Part shown: positions 1 through 9,218 of the stretch, in pieces
Layout: the number at the start of each line of letters is the position of its first letter
Position numbering within the stretch: position 1 is the stretch's first letter
Assembly (NCBI GenBank): GCA_040006915.1
Contig: JBDTWD010000001.1
Coordinates: 162,229-226,228, forward strand
From: Candidatus Woesebacteria bacterium
Lineage (GTDB): Bacteria > Patescibacteriota > Microgenomatia > UBA1400 > UBA12028
Length of the DNA stretch: 64,000 bases
Reading direction: 5' to 3'
Translations under genes and position numbers: made by a program
Notes under the pieces: model-generated
Told to the model about the DNA's origin: nothing
Database searches by the model: none
What the model saw: the letters and a program-made list of their open reading frames with translations, nothing else

Positions 1-655
1 CAACGTTTCGAGCGACTTGATGCTCTTGACTCATTAAATAAGCGGTACCACCTTTTTTGCTGGCCACTTGGCTCCAGAAGTGTCCTTGCTTTTTACTGCG
101 GGAGTTAAAGTTCTCAATCCAGGTGTTGGCCTCTTGAACACGCTTTCGCATCAAGACGACAAAATTTAAGAGTTGCTGGAAGAAGTGAACATGATAGGTT
201 CCCGGATCTACGACGTCATTATGGACCGCAGTTTGGACACTAGAATCCAAGGTTTTAACTTCTTTGATCAAGGATCGTAATTGTTCTTGCAGCTGTTTGA
301 TAAGTTCCTTGTCTTTGGCTTCTCTAACGTTAAAGACTTCAGTCATCTGCATTTCTTTGTGGCGAACAGCACGCTGCTTCTCCAAATCCATTTTGTCTCG
401 TTCTTCATCCATTTTGGAGGTTTGCTCAAAAGCTTTGGCAAATGGGTTGTTCGTTTCCTCAGATTTTGTTTGCTCGGATTGCGCTGGAGAGGATCCACCG
501 CCGAAAATTGCAGTCATGGCATCGTTGACCATACCTCCAGGAATGGAAGCTGCTTGCTTCACCGTCGTCCCTCCGATTTCTTGCAAGGCTCTCGCAAACG
601 GATTACTGGAAATATTCTGTAGTGGTTTGGCGCTACTGCGCCCAGGCGTATTCAT
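1..655 (-). CDS. Hypothetical protein, partial (C-terminus runs off the window start). Minus-strand ORF starting at ATG 655-653 (MNTPGRSSAKPLQNISSNPFARALQEIGG...); it is absent from the ORF track because no stop lies inside the window
   Basis: Manual reverse-complement translation gives an uninterrupted reading frame from 655 to position 1. The plus-strand ORFs 264..686 and 281..622 are low-complexity (Cys/Ser/Leu-rich) and look like shadow ORFs. Confidence 0.4.
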   Translation of the reverse strand, partial: MNTPGRSSAKPLQNISSNPFARALQEIGGTTVKQAASIPGGMVNDAMTAIFGGGSSPAQSEQTKSEETNNPFAKAFEQTSKMDEERDKMDLEKQRAVRHKEMQMTEVFNVREAKDKELIKQLQEQLRSLIKEVKTLDSSVQTAVHNDVVDPGTYHVHFFQQLLNFVVLMRKRVQEANTWIENFNSRSKKQGHFWSQVASKKGGTAYLMSQEHQVARNV

Positions 656-776
656 GTGTTTTATAACGCAAAAGACATCCCTCTAGTATTTTTGAAGGAT
701 GTTTTGCTATTCATGCCCATAGTCTACTGCGAGACTCAGAAATTTGCAAGAAGAAATGAATCCTATAATATGAGGA

Positions 777-1661
777 TTAGGCGGCTAATTCCTTAAGCTT
801 CTCGATGGTCTTGCGTCGTAATGCGACTGCATGAGCTTCGGCCTGTATCTTTTCCAGAGTATCCTTAGGGTATTTAGACAAATCCGAACCTAAGATTTTC
901 TCGATATCTTTGGAATCAATGGAAAGCTTCAAAAGTGGAGTAATTTCTCGCAAGATGAATTCAATTTGTAAGTTGGCGAGGCTAGAAAGCGTATAGTCTT
1001 GCTGCAAAGTTTCCACCGTTTTCCCCGTCGAGAGCAGATATGCCTCAAGCTCCATTTTGTGGCTGGCTAATTGTCTAGCAAAATCTTCAATCTGATGTTT
1101 AACTTCTTGCTCAAGCAAAATTGGAGCAATTTTCGGATTTACCGCTTCAATCAACTTACCAAAGATGGCAGACAATAACTCTTGATCATGGTCATGTGGA
1201 TGAGCGTCATCATGTTTGTGGTCGGGACTCTCTTCATGTTTTTTGTGATCCTTCCCTGCTTGTTTGATCACTTTCTCCCAATCACCTAACGTCACTACTG
1301 GAGCGATGGCAGTATGCGCTTCAACGATCCAGTCTTGTTCTGGCTCGACCGACACAATTTTGACTTGGGGATAGACCAACGGATCTATGTTGGCCTTCGT
1401 TACTGCCTGAGTGTATAAATCCGGGATCAGCGCCTCAAGAACGTCATTTAAGATGGCAGTTGGGTCAAGTTGTGACTGAACCAGATTGGTTGGAGCTTTT
1501 CCTTTACGAAATCCAGGGACACTCATACGCTTAGCCACCCGAGCTAAAGTCTCTTTATATTTCGGTTGATGCAGAGACTTGGGAATTGTTATGGTAAGAA
1601 CTGTATTCTCACCAATAGGCGTGGCAGGAGATTGGGTTGGAGTGGTAACGGCTTTTTTCAT
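777..1661 (-). CDS. tig: Trigger factor, short form: N-terminal ribosome-binding domain plus C-terminal chaperone domain, with no recognisable FKBP PPIase domain
   Basis: The VPGFRKGKAP signature (ribosome-binding loop GFRxGxxP) lies near residue 48. At 294 aa it is far shorter than a canonical trigger factor (about 430 aa). A His/Asp-rich insertion HKKHEESPDHKHDDAHPHDHD is present. Confidence 0.75.
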   Translation of the reverse strand: MKKAVTTPTQSPATPIGENTVLTITIPKSLHQPKYKETLARVAKRMSVPGFRKGKAPTNLVQSQLDPTAILNDVLEALIPDLYTQAVTKANIDPLVYPQVKIVSVEPEQDWIVEAHTAIAPVVTLGDWEKVIKQAGKDHKKHEESPDHKHDDAHPHDHDQELLSAIFGKLIEAVNPKIAPILLEQEVKHQIEDFARQLASHKMELEAYLLSTGKTVETLQQDYTLSSLANLQIEFILREITPLLKLSIDSKDIEKILGSDLSKYPKDTLEKIQAEAHAVALRRKTIEKLKELAA

Positions 1662-1862
1662 AGGTAGATTTACTTCATTTGACTGAAGAGCGGAACGATG
1701 GGCTCACTATTGGTCTTGAGACTTTGATTGATTCCCCAGACAAAGACACCGATCGTCGGGATCAGACCCACAATGAGTACCATAAAATATAATTGTTTTT
1801 GTGTCACCCCTATAGTATAACAGAAAGCCTACAGTAGCGTCCAATACCGAGGGGAACCTTTT

Positions 1863-2405
1863 ATGTCAGATCAAAACCAAACCGATGATACTCTCGATGT
1901 GCTCGAGCCAGGAGAAGAAGAGAAATTGCTTGAGGAAGGGACAGAAGAGGTTTTGCCTGCGCCTTCAACCCCACTCATCGCAGTTGAGATAAATACGAAC
2001 AAGGATGGCGGATCAGAATCTTTGCTAGCTGTCGAAGGTATCATCCGCCGACAGTCGTCAAGACTCGATGAGCTGAAGGAAAAGCTGAAACAGTACAATG
2101 ATCAACTCAAATCCGTACTCGATAATGATGAGGCATTAACCAACGCTCAAGAGGAAGTAAAGCAAGCGACTAGGCGTCAAAAAGAACGAAAGACCATGCT
2201 CGCCAATGGCGCTGAAAGCGTACAACTGAAGTTTCACATCAAAGAAACCAAGGATAGTGTAAAAGACATCGAAGAAAGTTTAAGCAATCATCTTCTCAAT
2301 CTCTACCAGATGACTGGCGTCAAAGAGTTTGACACAGACGATGGTGGCAAGCGAGCCTACGATGTGAAAGCCAAACTGCGTGGGAAGAAGAGCGGTGATC
2401 AGTAA
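1863..2405 (+). CDS. Hypothetical acidic coiled-coil protein
   Basis: 180-aa ORF with a Glu/Asp-rich N-terminus and heptad-like K/E-rich segments. No recognisable catalytic motif. Confidence 0.4.
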   Translation: MSDQNQTDDTLDVLEPGEEEKLLEEGTEEVLPAPSTPLIAVEINTNKDGGSESLLAVEGIIRRQSSRLDELKEKLKQYNDQLKSVLDNDEALTNAQEEVKQATRRQKERKTMLANGAESVQLKFHIKETKDSVKDIEESLSNHLLNLYQMTGVKEFDTDDGGKRAYDVKAKLRGKKSGDQ

Positions 2406-2411
2406 TTAGTA

Positions 2412-3449
2412 CTACCTGATTTTCCAGTCAATTTGAGATTTCTTCTCGACCACAGTCTCTGTGAAAGACAGAATTCGATTCATTGCTTCAACAGCCATAA
2501 GTGGATGTTCCCCTCCAGCGCTCTCTTCTGAAAGCATTGTTGCGTCCGTGCCGTCATAAACTGCATTGGCTACATCGCACATCTCAGCTCGAGTTGGGCG
2601 CATGTTGTGCACCATAGAATGAAGCATTTGGGTTGCAGTAATCACCGGCTTTTTCATCTCATTACACATTTTGATCATGCGCTTCTGTTCAAACGCTAGT
2701 CGTTCGTAGGGAATTTCCACTGCCAAGTCGCCTCGTGCGACCATAACAACATCCGAGACAGCTACGATCTCCTCAAGATGATCCAAGGCGATTTGATTTT
2801 CAATCTTGGCACAAATCTTAGAATGGACTCCGCGCTGATCAAGTTCTGCTCGAAGGATCTCTACGTCCTTTTTCGTACGAGTGAAGGAGAGAGCCACGAA
2901 GTCGACTTGAGCCATATTGCGCATTTCTATCTTCTTATAGTCATCTTCGGTCATGGCTGGCAGATCGATATCAGCTCCGGGGAAATTCACGCTCTTACGG
3001 TGTTTGATGATACAGTCTTGTCGTGACCGAGCTTTGATTTCCTGATCGTGCACTTCGATAATCTCAAACTCACTGTTTCCATCATCAATGAGCAATAATT
3101 GCCCCACACGAACTGCGGGATAAACTTCCGGGGTTGGGATGACAATGTGCTTGTCATCTTTGGGCAATAAGCAGAAGCTGACGAGCTCATTTTGGGCGAT
3201 CGTAACTTCCTTCTTTTCTGGGGTTTCGAGGCGGACCTCAGGACCTTGAAGGTCAATGAGAATTCCAACATCCAAGCCTTTGGCTTTACAAACCTCTCGA
3301 ACGCGATCAATCCGCTCCTCGTGCCACGTCCGATCAGCATGTTTCATGTTAAAACGAAACACGTCGGTCCCGGCCTTGATGAGCGCTTCAATCAGCTCTG
3401 GAGAGTCGCTTACAGGTCCAATAGTTGCGACGATTTTTGTACGTTTCAT
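2412..3449 (-). CDS. pyk: Pyruvate kinase, short form (A/B barrel only; the C-terminal allosteric domain is absent)
   Basis: N-terminus [14 protein letters not shown] matches the pyruvate kinase hallmark. The [12 protein letters not shown] region matches the active site. The 345-aa length implies loss of the C-terminal regulatory domain. Confidence 0.85.
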   Translation of the reverse strand: MKRTKIVATIGPVSDSPELIEALIKAGTDVFRFNMKHADRTWHEERIDRVREVCKAKGLDVGILIDLQGPEVRLETPEKKEVTIAQNELVSFCLLPKDDKHIVIPTPEVYPAVRVGQLLLIDDGNSEFEIIEVHDQEIKARSRQDCIIKHRKSVNFPGADIDLPAMTEDDYKKIEMRNMAQVDFVALSFTRTKKDVEILRAELDQRGVHSKICAKIENQIALDHLEEIVAVSDVVMVARGDLAVEIPYERLAFEQKRMIKMCNEMKKPVITATQMLHSMVHNMRPTRAEMCDVANAVYDGTDATMLSEESAGGEHPLMAVEAMNRILSFTETVVEKKSQIDWKIR

Positions 3450-3592
3450 AGGTTAAACTTTCCATTACTATTTTTGTATATAATTCCGAATACGAATAGA
3501 ATGCGAATATAAAAAAGACTGTTGATTCGCTATTTTATTTCACTCCAAGCTATTAGCAATCAAGTGTGTTGATTGCTAATTTAGACCTATAA

Positions 3593-5329
3593 CTACATGG
3601 ATTCAGGAATTTCGATACCGATGATCGCCATCCCTAGCTCTAGCGTTGAGACTACTGCCTGAGTAAGTGCCAAACGCTTTGCTATGTGCTCATTCTCGTC
3701 CAAAATTCTATGAGTATTATAGAACGAATTAAAGGTACCGGCTAGAGTGTATAGATAGGTACATAAAAGGTGTGGTGCGTACTCGGTTGCAGCGCGATAG
3801 AGAGTGTTTTCGAAGTATAAAAGTTCCCTCGCCAACGTCCGTTCGACAGCAGAAAATGTCGCCTCAGTGGAAGCTTCAGGTTTGATCTCTAGCGCTTTTC
3901 CTAAAACGCTTTTTGCCCGCACTACCGTGTACTGCATGTATGGACCTGAATTACCGTCCATCGACAATATTTCATCCCAATCAAATGTGACGTCAAGCTG
4001 ACTACTCCGCTTTAAATCATTCCATTTTAGAGCTCCAATCGCAACTTGCTTAGCTGTTTGCAGGTTTGCAGGCCTTTTTGACGCGACCTGGAGCGCTATA
4101 GCCCTTTCTTTCGCCTCTGTAATGGCATCTCCTAACCAGATCACATTTCCTTTTCGCGTGCTCATTTTCCCCTCTTTAAGGCGGTAGAGGCCATGTTTCA
4201 CGTGGATTCGTTGCCCTGGCTTTACCCAGCCTAGGAGTTCTTCGATTCTATAAATCTGGCGGAAGTAAAGGGTTTGCTCGGCTCCTACTTCATTGATAAT
4301 GAGGATATCCTTTCCGTACTTGGGTTGGTTAATCCTGAAGAAATCAGTCGCTAAATCTCGAGTGGCATACAACGTGGAGCCGTCCTTCTTCAAGATCATG
4401 AGGGGTGAAAATTCTTCATCTGGGAAAAAGAACAGTTTCGCTCCCTCCTCGCCGGTTTTCATATAGCCGGATTTTTCCAATATATCGACTACTTGAGACA
4501 TTTTGTCTTCAAAATACGACTCTCCATAGCCACGTCCATTGTTTTCTGAGAAGAACACTCCAAGTTCGGTATAGATTCGATCGAATTCTGTCCAAGACCA
4601 GTCGATACAGAGCTGCCAGAGCCGCCTGGCCTCTTGGTCGCCGTTCTCTAGTTTGGTAAACCATTCTCTCGCTCTGTCCTCGAGTGTTGGGTCTATTTCA
4701 GCTTTTTCATGAAACTCTACATAGAGCTTGACAAGTTCTTTCACTGGCTCGGCTGCAGTCGTAATTCTTTCTACGTTCAACGATTCTTTCTCTTCACCCA
4801 GCTCCTTTATGGCCACAATTAACTTTCCAAATTGTGTTCCCCAATCTCCTAAATGATTGTCTCGGTACACGATGTATCCGGTATTTTCAAGTAAATTTGC
4901 AACTGCCGCGCCAATGATTGTGGTACGTAGATGTCCAATGGTAAAGGGTTTAGCGATGTTTGGTGAGGAATATTCAACGATGGCTTTCTTTCCCTGATTT
5001 AATTTCACGATATTCTCTCCATCAAGTATTTCACGAATATTGTGTGAAAGATCAGTATCAGTGAGCGTGAAATTAATAAATCCAGGGCCAGCAACCGTGG
5101 GAGACAGAGTGGTGTCAAGTGTATTGACAATCTCTTCCGCTAAAGCATGAGGAGAATTCCATCTCCCTTTTTCTACCATTGGAAAAAGCTGCATTGCGAC
5201 ATTACTGGTGTAGTCACCGAAGCGCTCAGCACTACATTCCTCAACCAGAAGAGAGGCAGACACAGGTTCGATTCCCAATTTCTTCAGGGCATCGAGTAAT
5301 AGTTTTTCAATTTTTTTGACAGGTTTCAT
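3593..5329 (-). CDS. argS: Arginyl-tRNA synthetase
   Basis: 578 aa. Class I HIGH-type motif in PNIAKPFTIGHLRTTIIG. The C-terminal DALR anticodon-binding domain ends in a terminal Met, as is typical of ArgRS. Confidence 0.9.
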   Translation of the reverse strand: MKPVKKIEKLLLDALKKLGIEPVSASLLVEECSAERFGDYTSNVAMQLFPMVEKGRWNSPHALAEEIVNTLDTTLSPTVAGPGFINFTLTDTDLSHNIREILDGENIVKLNQGKKAIVEYSSPNIAKPFTIGHLRTTIIGAAVANLLENTGYIVYRDNHLGDWGTQFGKLIVAIKELGEEKESLNVERITTAAEPVKELVKLYVEFHEKAEIDPTLEDRAREWFTKLENGDQEARRLWQLCIDWSWTEFDRIYTELGVFFSENNGRGYGESYFEDKMSQVVDILEKSGYMKTGEEGAKLFFFPDEEFSPLMILKKDGSTLYATRDLATDFFRINQPKYGKDILIINEVGAEQTLYFRQIYRIEELLGWVKPGQRIHVKHGLYRLKEGKMSTRKGNVIWLGDAITEAKERAIALQVASKRPANLQTAKQVAIGALKWNDLKRSSQLDVTFDWDEILSMDGNSGPYMQYTVVRAKSVLGKALEIKPEASTEATFSAVERTLARELLYFENTLYRAATEYAPHLLCTYLYTLAGTFNSFYNTHRILDENEHIAKRLALTQAVVSTLELGMAIIGIEIPESM

Positions 5330-5344
5330 AGAATCTATCTTACA

Positions 5345-5600
5345 TCTACCGATGTATATAAAAAATACCCCTTCAATACTCGAGTTTTAGTCAGAGCACA
5401 GAAGGGGTATTTCAATTATGAAACACGGTACCACCCTTACATTTATCTTCATTAACCCTAATCTATCGTGGGGGGAAACGGGTAAGATTTTGCCTACCAA
5501 CCGTTGATATAGATATCTGTGAAGGATCGCGACTCCTTTTTTGACGGTTTATCTAGAGATAGTATAGCACAGCTCTCTATTCAAATTCCCGCTTGTAGAG
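5345..5600 (-). promoter_or_regulatory. T-box riboswitch leader of argS: T-box sequence, antiterminator/terminator switch and U-tract
   Basis: Minus-strand RNA contains AAGGGUGGUACCGUG (plus 5424-5438), matching the T-box consensus AGGGUGGNACCGCG with the 7-nt UGGNACC bulge. A 12-bp terminator hairpin AAAUACCCCUUC...GAAGGGGUAUUU (plus 5363-5374 / 5401-5412) is followed by UUUUUAUAUA. The 5' terminator strand can instead pair with AAGGG and GUGUUUC to form the antiterminator. Confidence 0.6.
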
Positions 5601-5627
5601 AGTCGTGATTGACGGCATACTATAGAT

Positions 5628-6731
5628 ATGTCCCCTAGCGTATCGGAAGATCTATTACAGGACACGAAAGTCGTCCAAAGAACGGTAGTTATACCCAAAA
5701 AAACCATACTTCTTCTGTTGGTCTTGATTTTTCTTACCGTTAGTATAGGTCTTATAAAATTGCGTCTTCAATCAACAAAAGTGACAACTCAGGTTCCTTC
5801 CCTTTCAGAGGGTCTGTCGGTTGCAGTTCCTACGGGGACTTTTGTAGATACTGTTACTGGAACCGTGGTGTTTTTAAAAGATGATCAGTTGTTTGAATAC
5901 CTTCTGCCCACCAGAACTTTACGGCAACTGGTAGGAGTCCGTGACGAGAAGGAAGTAGATCAGTTTACTCCAATCCAACCGACCTGGTCCCCTGATGGTT
6001 CACTTCTGGCCGTCATGGACGATTCCTCACATGTCACCTTGACTGAGTATCAAACCGGAAAACTCCGCGGGTCCCTCCTTTTACGTGAGAAGCTAAGTAA
6101 CGGAAAGAAAGGTGTTCTTTCGATCGATCCTTCTTCTGAAGTACTGGCTGTTGGAATTACGGGCTCTGAGGAAGTAGCTATGCAGACTTTGGAATTTTTC
6201 GCACTGGCGACGGGGAAAAGCCTAGGAGTGTATCCACGATGTGAAACGCATGGAGTTTGGTTACGTTCCTTGGGATTTTTGACCAAATGTGCCCTTGGTG
6301 AAGTAGAGTCCGTGGTCTTAATACAATTTCATCCTGCTTCAAGCAGTATGGTACCGTTGACAAAAGAATCCGCTACCGTGCGCTACACGTTGATTGATCA
6401 GTACGAGCCGGAGAAAGCGATCGCCATCCGCACGACACAGGAGACACGAGACTTAGTGACGATTTCCGTGAGTGGGAAAGTACAAGAAGTTCCGCCAAAA
6501 GACTATCCTAAAAACCTCGATGTTGCTCAGTTTGTTGATATTTATAGTGCGTTAGCTGCTCGAATTGAGAAAGAGACCGGTTTAATGGGAGTAAAAAACA
6601 TTTCCGTTGCGAGCACAAATGACTGGATGGTTTTTGAAACTGACGCAGGTTTATACGTTGCGCCGGTAAGTTTGAAAGAGAAGCCGTACTTTATCGGTCT
6701 GGGCACACTTCCGAGTATTCGGCCTTACTAA
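5628..6731 (+). CDS. Hypothetical membrane-anchored protein with a beta-propeller/TolB-like segment
   Basis: N-terminal TM helix (LLLLVLIFLTVSIGLI). The WSPDGSLLAV motif is typical of TolB/WD40-like propeller blades. Confidence 0.45.
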   Translation: MSPSVSEDLLQDTKVVQRTVVIPKKTILLLLVLIFLTVSIGLIKLRLQSTKVTTQVPSLSEGLSVAVPTGTFVDTVTGTVVFLKDDQLFEYLLPTRTLRQLVGVRDEKEVDQFTPIQPTWSPDGSLLAVMDDSSHVTLTEYQTGKLRGSLLLREKLSNGKKGVLSIDPSSEVLAVGITGSEEVAMQTLEFFALATGKSLGVYPRCETHGVWLRSLGFLTKCALGEVESVVLIQFHPASSSMVPLTKESATVRYTLIDQYEPEKAIAIRTTQETRDLVTISVSGKVQEVPPKDYPKNLDVAQFVDIYSALAARIEKETGLMGVKNISVASTNDWMVFETDAGLYVAPVSLKEKPYFIGLGTLPSIRPY

Positions 6732-7876
6732 CTTCCGTCAGTAATTGTTTCCAACTCCAACCCATGAAGCTCAGGGACAACAGAAGTACCAGCCAACCCT
6801 TGAACGCTTCCATAAATAGTTCCAGTACTTAAAATCAGACGTTGCACTTGGCCTTCTCTGGATTTCCAGATTTTCTCCATTGCGGCTCGCTCTTTAGTTA
6901 TTTGCATCTGCATTTCGGTGAATACTTCAACCAATGCTTCGACTTGCTGTCTAAACGCTTGGGATGTGACGTAACTATAGATAAGGTCCGATTTCTCTCC
7001 TCGGTTTTGCGCCATAGCTCGTTCTCGGCCAGAATCGATTAATGATTTACGCAAAGCCAATGCCAAGGGCAAGAAGAGCTGGAAGTTACAAATCCACACT
7101 CCATCACGATGACTTTGTCCCATCCAGTTAGCCTCGTTATATGCAGTCGTGACGATAATCGGGATATCTGCTTTTTCAGCTCTCAAATCCTCTTTGAGTT
7201 TTCCAATCCATCCTTCAGACCATACTTTGGTTTGTTTCGACTCCCATAGGATCACTCCGCACACCGTGCCGCGACTGCTACGGACAATTTGTCGGACATC
7301 GGCTCCATGCACTCCTTTTCCCACTGGCTCAATCAGATCATCACGGAAAGTTTCTCGCAAAATTTTCTCAAGTTCAAGTTCGCGTACCTCACCTTGAGTT
7401 TGTTGGGAACCTTGGTTCGCTTTACGTTGCGCTTCATCTAAGGCTCTCTTCATATCGGAAAGCTTCTTTTCGTTTTCCAAATCCTTTTGTCGCTGCTGTT
7501 CTACCATCTGAGCTTCGGTTGTCTCGCGGATTCTTTTTCGCTCACTATCAAGTTGCCGTTGAATCTCTAATTCTCGGTTTCGTTCCTTCTCTTCAAACTC
7601 TACTTCTTTTTTCCGTAGTTCTAACTCTTTTTTCGTAGCAGTTTCTAATTTTTGCTTTTTGTCCTCTAACTGTTCTTTAAGAAAAGTTAGTTCTGTGGAC
7701 GTGTCTTTAGCAAATTGTTCTTTTAATCGCTGCTCAATGTTTTTTTGCTCTTTGGAAAGTTTTTGTTCATATTCAGTCGAGAGCTGTTGCTCGACTGCAG
7801 TTTTAATCTGGCCAGTGAGGGCGTCATCAAGGGAAATTGGCGTATGGCAATGCGGGCATGTGATTTGTGAAGTCAT
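6728..7876 (-). CDS. Zinc-ribbon plus long coiled-coil protein, DUF2130-like
   Basis: N-terminal CPHCHTPISL zinc-ribbon-like motif, about 150 aa of Glu/Lys/Arg-rich coiled coil, and a conserved C-terminal globular domain. The DUF2130 assignment is from memory and is tentative. Confidence 0.45.
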   Translation of the reverse strand: MTSQITCPHCHTPISLDDALTGQIKTAVEQQLSTEYEQKLSKEQKNIEQRLKEQFAKDTSTELTFLKEQLEDKKQKLETATKKELELRKKEVEFEEKERNRELEIQRQLDSERKRIRETTEAQMVEQQRQKDLENEKKLSDMKRALDEAQRKANQGSQQTQGEVRELELEKILRETFRDDLIEPVGKGVHGADVRQIVRSSRGTVCGVILWESKQTKVWSEGWIGKLKEDLRAEKADIPIIVTTAYNEANWMGQSHRDGVWICNFQLFLPLALALRKSLIDSGRERAMAQNRGEKSDLIYSYVTSQAFRQQVEALVEVFTEMQMQITKERAAMEKIWKSREGQVQRLILSTGTIYGSVQGLAGTSVVPELHGLELETITDGS

Positions 7877-7971
7877 AGGGTAGGAGATTTCTTAAAATAC
7901 CAAACTGGTGGCGGAAACACAAGTATTGTAGTAATGAGAAAAGACAGAAGTAGCGTAAACACTTCTTTTGT

Positions 7972-9204
7972 GTGTATGATGAATATATGAAGAAAATTGA
8001 CTTTCGAGTATCTCCCATTGCTTGGGATGGAATCCGCGCAATTTTTGTCGTCCTCATAGCGATTGGAGCCTTTGTCCTCGTTGTTGGAGTTCGTTCATAT
8101 CAGAATTTGTCTGGCCAAGCCAAAGATGCAAATGACACTTTATTCACCACCCAGCAGAAACGAACTCAGCTTGAGGCGGATTTAGCCAGTGCGAGTGCAC
8201 GCATCCAGGATCTTGAGTCACAAGATCAGAGACTACGTAACGATACGCTCCAAAAAGAAATTGCAGAAATCAAGAAAGTTTTTGCACAGGCTCTTGCCTC
8301 CTACGAAGACATTACGGATTTGAAGGAAGGTAAAGGCAAGGGACTGCCGATGGACAAAACTTTTGCCGCTATTCTTTCCGATCTCTCGAAAGAAAATTAC
8401 GCTTCTGCTTCGACCAAGCTTACTCAGCTTGCCAAGGATATAAAAACTGAGCAAGACAAATTTGCTGCCGCTGCGAACGTGCCTGCAAATGTACCAGTGA
8501 ATAATTCCGCTCCCGGAAGTGGGTATAGTCGTCAAACAGTGCAAACGGATATTGGGCCGTATGTTGTTGATATTGTTGCAGCTGATTTGAACTCAACCCG
8601 AGTGATTGTCGATACCGCTTCAGATACTGATTGTGGAAACAATTGTCCTGTACTCCCACTCGCTACCTATGTATCACGTTCAGGGGCGTTTGCCGGTATT
8701 AATGGAACATACTTTTGTCCAGAGTCATACCCAGCTTGTGCAGGAAAAACAAATTCATATGATCTGCTAGTCATGAACAAGAAAAAAACATATTTTAACT
8801 CGGCAAACAACGTATACAGCCAAAATCCTGCAGCTATTTTCTCAGGGAATTCAGCTCGCTTTGTGGCTCATGCCCAGGATGCAGGACGTGACACTGGAGT
8901 GGATGCTGTAATCTCTAATTTTCCACTGCTTATAATCAATGGTCAAATCCAGTTTGGAGGTAATAGTGATCCTAAGATGGGAAGTAAAGGAAATCGGAGC
9001 TTTATCGGTTCGAAAGGATCTACTGCATACATTGGCATCTTGCGTAATGTTACAGTTGCGGAAGGAGCACACGTGCTTAAAGCATTGGGATTAGAGCACG
9101 CTATGAATTTAGATAGTGGTGGATCAACCGCCCTTTGGTTTGGCGGCTACAAAGCCGGTCCAGGACGCAATCTTCCCAATGCAGTACTCTTCGTACGAAA
9201 GTGA
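7972..9204 (+). CDS. Membrane-anchored phosphodiester glycosidase family protein (NAGPA-like / DUF2233)
   Basis: TM helix near the N-terminus. The C-terminal domain carries GINGTYF ... NLDSGGSTALW, characteristic of the phosphodiester glycosidase family. Confidence 0.5.
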   Translation: MYDEYMKKIDFRVSPIAWDGIRAIFVVLIAIGAFVLVVGVRSYQNLSGQAKDANDTLFTTQQKRTQLEADLASASARIQDLESQDQRLRNDTLQKEIAEIKKVFAQALASYEDITDLKEGKGKGLPMDKTFAAILSDLSKENYASASTKLTQLAKDIKTEQDKFAAAANVPANVPVNNSAPGSGYSRQTVQTDIGPYVVDIVAADLNSTRVIVDTASDTDCGNNCPVLPLATYVSRSGAFAGINGTYFCPESYPACAGKTNSYDLLVMNKKKTYFNSANNVYSQNPAAIFSGNSARFVAHAQDAGRDTGVDAVISNFPLLIINGQIQFGGNSDPKMGSKGNRSFIGSKGSTAYIGILRNVTVAEGAHVLKALGLEHAMNLDSGGSTALWFGGYKAGPGRNLPNAVLFVRK

Positions 9205-9218
9205 TATAGTGCACCAAT

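Noticed and set aside
264-686. Plus-strand ORFs of 140 and 113 aa at the window start
   Set aside because: They are Cys/Ser/Leu-rich low-complexity translations lying antisense to a cleaner minus-strand frame that runs 655 to 1. They were treated as shadow ORFs
2778-3512. Several 60-120 aa ORFs on either strand inside pyk (2778..3026, 2987..3340, 3192..3512, 3256..3456)
   Set aside because: They are fully embedded in a strongly supported pyruvate kinase gene and have no independent signals. The same reasoning applies to the many short antisense ORFs inside secA, lysS, atpA/atpD, dnaE, pyrG and the large surface-protein genes
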